Positions 56,168 to 64,000 of a stretch of DNA of 64,000 bases are shown here, one piece after another (the first letter of the stretch is position 1; each line of letters starts with the position of its first letter). The DNA is taken from assembly GCA_039028875.1 (NCBI GenBank), contig JBCCHE010000022.1, forward strand, positions 5,971 through 69,970, given 5' to 3'. The translations under genes and the position numbers were made by a program. The DNA comes from Myxococcota bacterium. GTDB lineage: Bacteria; Myxococcota_A; Polyangia; Polyangiales; Houyiibacteriaceae. The notes beneath the pieces were generated by a model. It ran no database searches. It saw only the letters and a program-made list of their open reading frames with translations, and was not told the origin of the DNA.

Positions 56168-58528
56168 ATGCATGTTGCCGACCGTGGTGCTGCACGGCGC
56201 GTGTCGCGATTCTTCCGACGCGCTTGCGAGCGGAGAGCTCCGCGAGCGATGCTCACGCCAGCCGCGGCGCTTCTTCTAGTTGGAGGCGTCTGCGGATCAC
56301 TTCCGGCGCGGGCTGAGGTCGTCGCGGGTTGGGACTTCTCGTCCTGCGGGTCGTTCGTGGCGAATGGTCAGTCGAACCTTTGGTGTGGTGCCGACATCGG
56401 CACGGGCGTGACGGGGACGCTGGTCGCGAACTACTCGGACTTCGATCCGACCAACAACGCCGGGGCGGAGGCCGCGGGGTTTGGCACGATGTTCACCGTC
56501 GGGACGGGCCTGTACTCCTTCGGCGTTTCGCTTGGGAGCAACGCGAATCCGTACCGAGACGGGCTCGGGGTTCCCCATGACTCCCACGATGTGCTTCTCG
56601 CGGAAGGGCAGTCCCCGGCGGCGCCCGCAAGCCTACTCGCCACCGAAGCAGGCGTCGTCCTCGTGTTCCAGGCCGATCTCGGTACCGTTGACGTCGGGTC
56701 CAATTGGCGCCTGGACCTCGCGGGAGGTACCTACGACTCGCCGAGCTCCCCGAGCGCCGACCCAGGGCCAGGCAGCTGCGGCCCGGTGACCCCCATCACG
56801 GTGGAGTATTCGACAGACGGGTCGAGCTACGCCTTCGCAGGCGAGCTCTTCCTTGGCGATGACTTCCCACCGCAGGCGCCTTGCTACGACTCGCCCTTCC
56901 AGATGCCTTTCGCCGCACCTTCCTCGTCGACACTCTTCGTTCGGTTGTCGGTCAACCCCGGTGTCGTGATCGACAACGTGTCCATTAGCGCCGATGTGAA
57001 CGTCGATCCGTCGGCGCCACGGTTTTCCGCCACGAAGACCGACGCCCTGCAGGTCGACGTCGACAACGACTCGGAAGTCAACCCGGGAGATACGCTTCGG
57101 TATACGATGGCGGTGCTCAGCGAGGGCAATGTGGCCGTGGAGGATATCGTGGTCTCGGATACCCTCGACGCCAACACTTCGCTCGTCGTCGGAAGCGTCT
57201 CGACGAGCAGCGGGACGGTGACCGAAGGCAACGTACCGGGCGACACATCCGTCTCGGTTCTCCTTCCGAGCCTCACCCCGGGCGCAACGCTCCTGGTCAC
57301 GTTCGATGCGACGGTAAACGACCCCTTCCCGGACGGCACCTCGACGGTGCAAAACCAGGGCACGGTCGCGTCCAGCAACGCGGGGATCAAGGAGACCGAC
57401 GATCCGGACGCCGGTGGCGCGAGCGACCCCACCGCGACCATCGTGTTGCCATCCGACGCGGACGATGATGGGGTGCCCGACGATGAAGACAATTGCCCTG
57501 CACTTGAAAACCCCGACCAGTTCGATGACGACAGCGATGGGGTGGGAGATGCCTGCGACTCCTGCGACGACGCGGACGGCGATGGAGCTTGTCGGAGCGT
57601 TGTCGCGGCGTGGGACTTTTCAGCCTGCGCGTCGATCTTCTCGGGCGGCGTATGGAACCTGTCGTGCGGTTCCAACGTGGGCGCAACGCAAACGCTCGAT
57701 GCGAACTACTCGGACTTCGATCCGACCTTCAAGGCGGGCGCGGAGGCCGCAGCGTTCGGAACCCTGTCGACCGAGAGCGCCGACTTTCGAACCTTTCCCG
57801 GTTCACTCGAAAGCAACTCCTCGTTGTCCGGGCTCGGTGTGCTGCATGATTCGTTCGACGTTCTTCTGATGGAGGGACAGTTCCCAGCGGAGGCCGTCAA
57901 GCTGGCTGCCGTAGGGCCCGATGCGACGCTCGTGTTCGAGTCGAATCTCGTTTCGGTTGGCATCGGCTCGGACTGGCGAATCGACTTCGCGGCAGGGAGC
58001 TACGACCCGGCGCAACAAGAACCGAGCCCGGGCATCTGTGCGCCATTGCCGGCCCTGCTCATCGAGTATTCGACGGACGGCGTGGACTACGAGGTCGCGT
58101 GGGATACCTTCGTGGCGGACTTCCCCTGCGACGACGCGCGCTACGGGTTCCCTTTCCCCGCGCCGCCGTCCTCGGCGGTGTTCGTACGCCTGTCGATGAA
58201 TCCGGGCGTCCTGATCGACGATGTGGCCATCACGGCTGAGATCGGCCCTCCACCCGACGCCGATCAAGATGGCGTTCCGGACGCTGAGGACAACTGCCCC
58301 GTGGACGACAACCCGGACCAGGCCGACTACGACCGGGACGGCATCGGCGACGTATGCGACCCGAAGTGCTCCATCCTGCCCGGTGGCACGCTGTGGTGCC
58401 CACCCCCGCAACGCATGGACTGCTCGGCGGGTCCCGTCGACGGCTCTCACACGCCGATGTGGATTCTGCTGGTCCTCGCCGGGTTCGTGCTTCGAACAAG
58501 CAGGCGAAGCAGCCGCGAACCTGTTTGA
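56168..58528 (+). CDS. Surface protein: signal, unknown domain X, DUF11-like repeat, TSP3-like Ca-binding repeats, domain X again, TSP3-like repeats, Cys-containing C-terminal sorting tail
   Basis: GAAGGAGG RBS before ATG 56168. DADDDGVPDDEDNCPALENPDQFDDDSDGVGDACD and DADQDGVPDAEDNCPVDDNPDQADYDRDGIGDVCD are thrombospondin type-3-like. The tail is CSAGPVDGSHTPMWILLVLAGFVLRTSRRSSREPV. Confidence 0.75.
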   Translation: MHVADRGAARRVSRFFRRACERRAPRAMLTPAAALLLVGGVCGSLPARAEVVAGWDFSSCGSFVANGQSNLWCGADIGTGVTGTLVANYSDFDPTNNAGAEAAGFGTMFTVGTGLYSFGVSLGSNANPYRDGLGVPHDSHDVLLAEGQSPAAPASLLATEAGVVLVFQADLGTVDVGSNWRLDLAGGTYDSPSSPSADPGPGSCGPVTPITVEYSTDGSSYAFAGELFLGDDFPPQAPCYDSPFQMPFAAPSSSTLFVRLSVNPGVVIDNVSISADVNVDPSAPRFSATKTDALQVDVDNDSEVNPGDTLRYTMAVLSEGNVAVEDIVVSDTLDANTSLVVGSVSTSSGTVTEGNVPGDTSVSVLLPSLTPGATLLVTFDATVNDPFPDGTSTVQNQGTVASSNAGIKETDDPDAGGASDPTATIVLPSDADDDGVPDDEDNCPALENPDQFDDDSDGVGDACDSCDDADGDGACRSVVAAWDFSACASIFSGGVWNLSCGSNVGATQTLDANYSDFDPTFKAGAEAAAFGTLSTESADFRTFPGSLESNSSLSGLGVLHDSFDVLLMEGQFPAEAVKLAAVGPDATLVFESNLVSVGIGSDWRIDFAAGSYDPAQQEPSPGICAPLPALLIEYSTDGVDYEVAWDTFVADFPCDDARYGFPFPAPPSSAVFVRLSMNPGVLIDDVAITAEIGPPPDADQDGVPDAEDNCPVDDNPDQADYDRDGIGDVCDPKCSILPGGTLWCPPPQRMDCSAGPVDGSHTPMWILLVLAGFVLRTSRRSSREPV
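56318..56997 (+). repeat. Intragenic duplicated domain X, copy 1 (~227 aa)
   Basis: VVAGWDFSSC...ANYSDFDPT..AGAEAAGFGT...GLGVPHDSHDVLLAEGQSPA...EYSTDG...LFVRLSVNPGVVIDNVSISADV. Confidence 0.85.
57599..58243 (+). repeat. Intragenic duplicated domain X, copy 2 (~215 aa)
   Basis: VVAAWDFSAC...ANYSDFDPT..AGAEAAAFGT...GLGVLHDSFDVLLMEGQFPA...EYSTDG...VFVRLSMNPGVLIDDVAITAEI. Confidence 0.85.
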
Positions 58529-58692
58529 CGAGTTGTGGATAAGCGGGCCGAGACCTACCGGGCGCGAAAAGAACACAAGCGTCTGGTGGTCGAGTACGCC
58601 GAGGCCACGCTGGGGATTCCGGTAGGAGCACTTTGCGCGGCGGGCAAGACATCGGGAACGTCTGCGTTCTAGCGTGGCCGTTTCAGCGTTGC

Positions 58693-59934
58693 TTACGAGT
58701 GCGATCGCTCATCGCTCGCCTGGAAAATCGGAGACAGCTTGCTCACCAACTCGGACTGGCTCTTCACATCCAGTTTCCTCATGACCGACCTGAGCACGCT
58801 CGAAACGTGCCCCGTCGAGATGCCTAGGCGATACCCGATTCGCTTTCCGCTCTCGCCAGTCGCGGCGAACGTGGCGACCTGCATCTCCCGCTCGGAAAGG
58901 CCGCGAGGATCGCCGAGGTCCGGCGCGTTGGGGCGCGCGAGGACGAACCTGCGACCGTCGGAGTCAAACCAGTCGACGAGCGACCATTTCCCGCGGACGA
59001 GACCCTGCCAGATCTCCAACGCCTCCTCGGGGTTGGTCTTGCTCAAAGATCCGCGGGCCCTGTCGGCCAGTCTCGCCTTGTCCCTGAGCACCTCGATCGC
59101 AGGACCCTTGAGCGCGTTCGCGTGCGCGACTCGGAACGTCTTGGGATCGAAGATGGCCTGGCTCACTGCCGCTGGGTCGAAGTCGTCTAGTGTCCGACCT
59201 TCCATTGGGTTGTGCTCCAACCCTCGGCGAAGCCGATCGGCCGCGGCGATATGCACCGTCAGCCGGAAGAAGAGATCCCACTCCGCGTTGGTGAGTGTGA
59301 GCCTCTTGTCGGAGAACATCTGCACCCCGACGCCTGCGAAGTTCGGATCGACGGCTGACAGTATGAGGACGTCCTCGCATCGAATCACGCGACGGTAGAC
59401 TTCCACCGCCTCCGGGAACCGGTCCTCCGTGTCCATGATCAGGAAAGTCTTCCCGCCCATGGTGCCGTGCGTCTCGGCGACCATGGCGGGTCCCATCTCT
59501 CGATCGGCCGCGATCAGCCGGTCGGCTATCGAAGGATCCCCCACACAGTGAGCCTGCGTGACTCGAGGGCCCGCACCCGGCTCGAATCCGGACGCCCGCA
59601 TCCCGACGATGGATACGGCGCCACCCGTGAGCTTCGACATCGCTTCGCAGAGCGCACAAAGCCATTGTTGACCCGGAATATCGAGCGAGTAGCCCAGAGA
59701 CACAACGTCGATGCTCTGGTGCCGGTTAATGATCAACCGAGCTTTTCCCACCAAGATGAGCGTGCCATGGCCGATCTTTCCCTGCAAACGTTCGGGATGC
59801 GTTTTCGGGGTCGATTGGGATCCCCTGAACTCCGACCGTCTCGGACCACCGCCGTTCCCGGTTGCAGGTCTTCGGGGACCGCGTCGGGATTCTTCAGAAT
59901 TACGTATGGCCACGGCGGGCTTCCCGTCCTTCAA
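58693..59934 (-). CDS. LuxR-family transcriptional regulator with ~330-aa uncharacterised N-terminal region
   Basis: C-terminal LuxR/FixJ HTH LSEREMQVATFAATGESGKRIGYRLGISTGHVSSVLRSVMRKLDV. The start is uncertain: TTG at 59934 leaves only 28 bp to the divergent gene, and in-frame TTG at 59787 is an alternative. Confidence 0.75.
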   Translation of the reverse strand: MKDGKPAVAIRNSEESRRGPRRPATGNGGGPRRSEFRGSQSTPKTHPERLQGKIGHGTLILVGKARLIINRHQSIDVVSLGYSLDIPGQQWLCALCEAMSKLTGGAVSIVGMRASGFEPGAGPRVTQAHCVGDPSIADRLIAADREMGPAMVAETHGTMGGKTFLIMDTEDRFPEAVEVYRRVIRCEDVLILSAVDPNFAGVGVQMFSDKRLTLTNAEWDLFFRLTVHIAAADRLRRGLEHNPMEGRTLDDFDPAAVSQAIFDPKTFRVAHANALKGPAIEVLRDKARLADRARGSLSKTNPEEALEIWQGLVRGKWSLVDWFDSDGRRFVLARPNAPDLGDPRGLSEREMQVATFAATGESGKRIGYRLGISTGHVSSVLRSVMRKLDVKSQSELVSKLSPIFQASDERSHS

Positions 59935-59962
59935 TGGACGCTCTCATCAAGGGAGGTTCGCC

Positions 59963-60232
59963 ATGGCGGAAGAGGTTCAACGCAACGAGAAAGTCAAGTG
60001 GATGACTACGCGCATCGAGTTCTCGAACAACGACCAGGAGATGGAGCGCTTCTTCTTCATGACCCGAAACGACAACAAGTACTACGTCGACCTCCGACCC
60101 GCCAACCGGTCGAGCGAGCTTGTGGCGGTGTCGCTCGTACGCGATGCGTTCCTAAACGACAAGAACCTCAATATCTGGTTCGAGGAACGGGGTGGCAGGC
60201 GTTGGGTCAAAGCGCTCAACTTGTGGGGCTGA
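59963..60232 (+). CDS. Small hypothetical cytoplasmic protein (89 aa)
   Basis: AAGGGAGG RBS 5-6 nt upstream of the ATG. MAEEVQRNEKVKWMTTRIEFSNNDQEMERFFFMTRNDNKYYVDL.. Lower-GC codon usage. No family recognised. Confidence 0.5.
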   Translation: MAEEVQRNEKVKWMTTRIEFSNNDQEMERFFFMTRNDNKYYVDLRPANRSSELVAVSLVRDAFLNDKNLNIWFEERGGRRWVKALNLWG

Positions 60233-60233
60233 G

Positions 60234-61103
60234 GTGGCCTGGTTCAACCCTGTTTCCGTGAACGGTACGACGTGGCTTCACACACGCGAGGGTCAAGTTC
60301 CACTCGTTGTCACTGCCGCGCACGCGGGCGCGCGTCGGCTGGCTGGTATCGCCCAGGACGACGGCGGGACGTTGCGCGATGACCCGGGCAACGTGGGCTG
60401 CCGCTACAACGACTCGCTCGTCGACACCCGCACGGACTTGGTGCTGGAGGCGCTTTTCGCTTCGTTGGACTGGCGAGGACTGCGGCCCTACGGAGTGCTG
60501 CCGGATGTCTCGCGGCGCGACCTCGATCTGAACCGTCGGTGGGACCACAATCGCATTGGATACCAGAACGGCGGCGTGTCTGCGTCCACGGTCTCCGTGG
60601 CCGGCGCGATCTACGACGCGTACTACGAGGCGCTGGAGACCTTCATTGCGGATGCCAACGGCCGTTTCGCAAATCTTCCCGGCCCCGTCGTCGTGGTGGA
60701 TGTACACGGCACCGGCCTCCCTAGCGGAACCACCGTCGCGCTGGGAACACGAAACGGAGCATCTGCCGGCGCGGCGCGCGTCTACGGCGACACGAACTGG
60801 GCTCTTTCACTGCATCGAGCTATCGAGGACGTCGGTTTTGCGGTCTCGCCGGTGCCGGGAGGAAGCGAGAGCCCACTTGGTGGGTGCCACGTGTTGCGTG
60901 CCAACGGAACCACCGGGCTTGGGGCGGACGCGATCCAGCTGGAGCTGGATACCTCCTTGCGTTCGGCTTCGGAAGCGGTTCGCACTGGGCATCGCCTTGC
61001 CAATGCCTTGCGGGCGTTCCTTCGTAACAATAGCTATCCCGCGATCGAGGAAGAGCATCCCATGTCGCCTGACGACGAGGCCTACGCGGCACTCTCGTTG
61101 TGA
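60234..61103 (+). CDS. N-formylglutamate amidohydrolase (FGase)-fold hydrolase-like protein
   Basis: GTG 1 nt after the upstream stop. PLVVTAAHAG, D..TD, SRRDLDLNRRW, VVVDVHGTG and ..GG......GADAIQLELD..LR parallel FGase-family blocks (.EH.G, sR...D.NR, .D.HS, ..GG...alQiE). The call rests on motifs only. Confidence 0.5.
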   Translation: MAWFNPVSVNGTTWLHTREGQVPLVVTAAHAGARRLAGIAQDDGGTLRDDPGNVGCRYNDSLVDTRTDLVLEALFASLDWRGLRPYGVLPDVSRRDLDLNRRWDHNRIGYQNGGVSASTVSVAGAIYDAYYEALETFIADANGRFANLPGPVVVVDVHGTGLPSGTTVALGTRNGASAGAARVYGDTNWALSLHRAIEDVGFAVSPVPGGSESPLGGCHVLRANGTTGLGADAIQLELDTSLRSASEAVRTGHRLANALRAFLRNNSYPAIEEEHPMSPDDEAYAALSL

Positions 61104-61215
61104 GCGGTGCCGCGCAACCGACGCGGCGAAACGGCGCGGTGGTGAGTTCGCGGTATGTGCGCGCCGCCGGTAGCCAAGGACGACCACTGCAACGAGATGC
61201 GCGAAGGATGAGGGT

Positions 61216-61479
61216 ATGAAATCGAGGATCTGGAAGACGCTACTGATCACCATCGGTGTTTCGCTGGTCGGTCTATTGCTCATGGGTGGCGGGCACGATT
61301 GCCCGCCCATGTGCACCGCGGAGGGCGCCGACTGTCAGACGCTCTGCGGAGGCCCGTTCGATGGCCGGTGCGATACCGTCTCAGGTGTTCTCGAGTGTGT
61401 GAAACGGCCGGGATCGACAGGCGGCTCGGGCGGCGGTGGCGGCCGAGGCGGCGGGGTCGGCGGCCAAGGCGGCGGCTGA
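61216..61479 (+). CDS. Small secreted/anchored Cys-rich protein with Gly-rich tail
   Basis: 87 aa. MKSRIWKTLLITIGVSLVGLLLMGG hydrophobic N-terminus, 6 Cys within ~35 aa, then GSTGGSGGGGGRGGGVGGQGGG at the C-terminus. Confidence 0.5.
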   Translation: MKSRIWKTLLITIGVSLVGLLLMGGGHDCPPMCTAEGADCQTLCGGPFDGRCDTVSGVLECVKRPGSTGGSGGGGGRGGGVGGQGGG

Positions 61480-61514
61480 GCGGTCGGGCACGAGGAGCCC
61501 GAGTCTGTCCCGGT

Positions 61515-61534
61515 CCTCGAGCGAACGTTCGAGG
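61515..61534. terminator. Hairpin between convergent genes
   Basis: CCTCGAGC-gaac-GTTCGAGG forms an 8-bp stem (one G-U) with a 4-nt loop. No U-tract. Confidence 0.25.
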
Positions 61535-61584
61535 CTCGTTGCCGGGGTCAACTGAACTCCGAGGCGCTACATTTTCCGGTTTCC

Positions 61585-63192
61585 TTAGAGGTCCGGGAGG
61601 CGTTCGCCCCAGCTCACGAGTGCTTCCGCGAAGCGCTGACGGATTTCGGCTTCGTCGACGGTCAGGACTTGGTTGTCGCGCATGATGATGCGGCCCTCGA
61701 CGACGACTGTGTCGACATCGCCTCGCTGCCCGCCGCGCGAGATGAACGAGAACATCGGGACGGTTTCCCCGACATAGCGCTCGTCGTCGATACGGTGCGC
61801 AACGACGTCGGCCCGTTGACCGACCGACAGTGAGCCGATCTCGTTCCAACCGATGACCTGGGCTGCGATGCTGGTGCCCATTTCGAGCGCGAAGTGGTTT
61901 GGGACCAAGGTGTCGTCTTGTGCGACCTCCTGATGGATGTTGATGACCTGCTTGCAGCACTCGTGGACGGACGCCGTCGAAATCTGACCGCCGTCGGTGC
62001 CAACAGCCACGGGCACCCCCGCCTGCCAGAGCTTCGGATGCGTCGCCTGAGACAAGTAGTCCTGCCCGATGAAACCCGTCGTCGCTGGCGTGTGATTGAT
62101 GCCCATGTTCGTTCGTGCGAGCCGCGTGATCTCGTCGTCGTTCACGAAGCCGCAATGGCAAGCCATGAACGTTGTGACGTCGAGAGCCCCAAAATCGTCC
62201 ATGCGTTCGATTGGCTCGCGTCCATGGACCGCCGACGTCACGGCTCGCTCGTTGGCGAGGGCCGCGACGTGGGTGTTGAATTGGACTCCGTTCCGGTCGG
62301 CCAAGTCGATCATCCCCGAGAGCAACTCGTCGCTCGCAAAGGGCTGGTAAAGGAGGCTCGTCGCCACGCGGATCCTCGGGTGGGCTCCGTTCCAAGTACG
62401 AACGAGGTCCTCCATTGTGGAGAGCTCGTCGTCCGTGTTGCGAAGCGCGCTGCTGCTCCCATCGGCGGAGATCGCGACATCGCCCGACAGCATGGTCACG
62501 ATGCCGCGCACCCCCACATCGATGATCGCCTGGGCGAGCGGGCCTCCGTCGCCCGATCCGACGTCCATCAAGGTGGTTTCGCCGTTCTTGAGAGCGTCGA
62601 GTGCCAGGGCGGCCGCAGCGGCATAGGTCTCCTCGGGGGTCGGAATCCCACGGAGCCCGATCAGGAGTAGCAGCGCTTCGCTCGAGAGTGCATCGAAGTC
62701 TCCGCCCCCAGAGAATGCCCCCTGCTCGGTGCCCGGGTTGTTGTAGTCCGGGAGGCTGCCGGCCCCGACTGCACGGAGTAGCCCCCAGTTGTGGAAATGC
62801 GTGTTGATGAACCCCGGCATCAGCATCGTCCCACTGCAGTCGATGACCTGGCCGGGGGCACTCGCCAGGATCTCACTCGATGGGCCGACGGCCGTGATCA
62901 CACCGTCGTCTACCGCCACCGCGCCATCGAGAAAGTACCGCCTATCGGCGTCCATCGTCAGGACGAACGCATTGGCCAGTACAAACTGAGTCAGATCAAG
63001 CAGGTCTTGGTTGTCCGCAGACGGGCCGCTCGGGCCTCCATCACCCGAAGCCACGTCCCCACAGGCCGAGAGCGAACTCACCACACCGACGCCGGCCGCC
63101 GCTTTCGCGGACATCGAAAGGAGCTCCCGGCGGGAGAGCCCGTTGCGCGCCGTCTTCATCCGACGCGCGCTCAGTTTTCCTAGTCCATACAT
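61585..63192 (-). CDS. Amidohydrolase-superfamily enzyme with Tat-type signal and lipobox
   Basis: N-terminal ..LSRRELLSMSAKAAAGVGVVSSLSACG has a twin-Arg motif plus a lipobox. Metal motif INTHFHNWG (HxH), later histidines and an Asp are consistent with the amidohydrolase fold. Confidence 0.8.
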   Translation of the reverse strand: MYGLGKLSARRMKTARNGLSRRELLSMSAKAAAGVGVVSSLSACGDVASGDGGPSGPSADNQDLLDLTQFVLANAFVLTMDADRRYFLDGAVAVDDGVITAVGPSSEILASAPGQVIDCSGTMLMPGFINTHFHNWGLLRAVGAGSLPDYNNPGTEQGAFSGGGDFDALSSEALLLLIGLRGIPTPEETYAAAAALALDALKNGETTLMDVGSGDGGPLAQAIIDVGVRGIVTMLSGDVAISADGSSSALRNTDDELSTMEDLVRTWNGAHPRIRVATSLLYQPFASDELLSGMIDLADRNGVQFNTHVAALANERAVTSAVHGREPIERMDDFGALDVTTFMACHCGFVNDDEITRLARTNMGINHTPATTGFIGQDYLSQATHPKLWQAGVPVAVGTDGGQISTASVHECCKQVINIHQEVAQDDTLVPNHFALEMGTSIAAQVIGWNEIGSLSVGQRADVVAHRIDDERYVGETVPMFSFISRGGQRGDVDTVVVEGRIIMRDNQVLTVDEAEIRQRFAEALVSWGERLPDL

Positions 63193-63220
63193 GAGCCAAT
63201 CTCCTCAGACTGCTGCATCC

Positions 63221-63236
63221 TGAACACGGCTGTTCA
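63221..63236. promoter_or_regulatory. Palindromic operator candidate 1 (TGAACAcggcTGTTCA)
   Basis: Perfect 6-bp arms with a 4-bp spacer in the AT-rich divergent region between the amidohydrolase and TetR genes. Confidence 0.45.
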
Positions 63237-63284
63237 ATATTGTCAATACATGTTTGAATAATTATGAACTTGACTTGACATAAA

Positions 63285-63300
63285 TGAACACTTGTGTTCA
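63285..63300. promoter_or_regulatory. Palindromic operator candidate 2 (TGAACActtgTGTTCA)
   Basis: Same half-sites and spacing as candidate 1, 64 bp away. Confidence 0.45.
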
Positions 63301-63328
63301 AACAGGGCGTAGACGAGGCAAGCGACCT

Positions 63329-63967
63329 ATGAAAACCACCGAGTCCGAACAAAAGATGAGCCCCGCCCTCACCCGCATCCACGAGGCCGCCATCGGCCTT
63401 TTCGCTGAAAAAGGTTCGAGCGACATCACCGTTAGTGAGCTTGCGCAGGCGGCCGGCATCGCGCGCGGGACCGTCTACAACAACCTCGAGTCAACCGACA
63501 CCCTGTTCGAGGAGATCGCAGCGCGCCTCGCCGCAGAGATGCTCGACCGAATCGTCGCAAGCTTCGCCGACATCGAGGATCCCGCACAGCGACTTGCGCG
63601 AGGAATGCGTCTCTTCATTCGCCGCGCGCACGAGGAGCCGAGTTGGGGCCGGTTCTTCAACCGGTTCGCCCTCACAACCGCCTCGCTTCAAGCGGTGTGG
63701 ACCGGGGCACCGATGGCCGACGTCCTGACGGGCATGACATCGAGCCGCTACGCGCTGTCAGCCGAACAGCTTCCAGGTGTGATGGCCATGATCGCGGGGA
63801 CGGTCCTCACCTCGATGCTTCTGGTGCTCGAGGGACACCAGACCTGGCGACAGGCAGGAACGGATGCGGCGGAGCTGGTTCTTCGGGCGCTTGGGCTACC
63901 CCAAGACGAGGCACGCGAGATCGCGAACGCAGACCTCCCGCCACTGCCGGAACTCGACCAGCCATGA
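63329..63967 (+). CDS. TetR-family transcriptional regulator
   Basis: N-terminal HTH I.EAAIGLFAEKGSSDITVSELAQAAGIARGTVYNNL. ATG at 63329 was preferred because the track start at 63284 lies inside the operator palindrome. ATG at 63356 is also possible. Confidence 0.85.
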   Translation: MKTTESEQKMSPALTRIHEAAIGLFAEKGSSDITVSELAQAAGIARGTVYNNLESTDTLFEEIAARLAAEMLDRIVASFADIEDPAQRLARGMRLFIRRAHEEPSWGRFFNRFALTTASLQAVWTGAPMADVLTGMTSSRYALSAEQLPGVMAMIAGTVLTSMLLVLEGHQTWRQAGTDAAELVLRALGLPQDEAREIANADLPPLPELDQP

Positions 63968-64000
63968 GGCGCACCGCCCCGACGCTGGTCACCCCGGAAC

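Noticed and set aside
59711-59962. An 84-codon upstream extension of the small ORF (track ORF 59711..60232), which would overlap the LuxR gene.
   Set aside because: There is no protein-like sequence in the extension. The internal ATG at 59963 has a strong AAGGGAGG RBS.

Overview
High-GC (roughly two-thirds G+C by eye), densely coding chromosomal segment. Its gene content points to a myxobacterium-like organism: an MglA-family GTPase, a sigma-54/PilR-type type IV pilin locus, an AgmX/PglI-type C-terminal domain, MYXO-CTERM-like sorting tails and many lipoproteins. I can support about 57 protein-coding genes. I found no rRNA, tRNA, CRISPR array, transposase or integrase. The left ~53 kb is mostly housekeeping: a giant TPR protein, tsaE, carB, greA, recG, rpmB, an RluA-family synthase, prkA, modABC, nnr, an ECF sigma factor, a rhodanese-MoeB fusion, mscS-aat-clpA-clpS, and a cobA/hemD fusion. 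Embedded in it is a pilin locus at 40.5-45.2 kb with four pilin paralogs and a PilR-like activator. The right ~11 kb (53-64 kb) looks accessory. It has GC-poorer patches, a pectin-acetylesterase-like secreted protein, and a 787-aa surface protein built from a duplicated uncharacterised ~220-aa domain. It also holds a LuxR-type regulator divergent from a small protein plus an FGase-fold hydrolase, a Cys-rich Gly-tailed peptide, and a TetR-controlled lipoprotein amidohydrolase. The best leads are: (1) the duplicated novel domain in the surface protein; (2) a three-copy boxed repeat element (14 bp, 36-bp spacer, 18 bp) filling a convergent intergenic region and encoding the C-termini of both flanking genes; (3) the pilin paralog array, including a copy without the Gly(-1) processing residue, with pilA insulated between a near-consensus sigma-54 promoter and a strong terminator; (4) the LuxR / small-protein / FGase-fold cassette; (5) a near-consensus sigma-54 promoter in front of an ECF sigma gene; (6) an 18-bp x4 tandem repeat with GTCGAC cores; (7) an MglA paralog coupled to an MBL hydrolase with no MglB. 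All product calls come from motif and architecture recognition by eye, not from database searches. Starts were re-chosen where the longest ORF in the track overlaps a neighbour.
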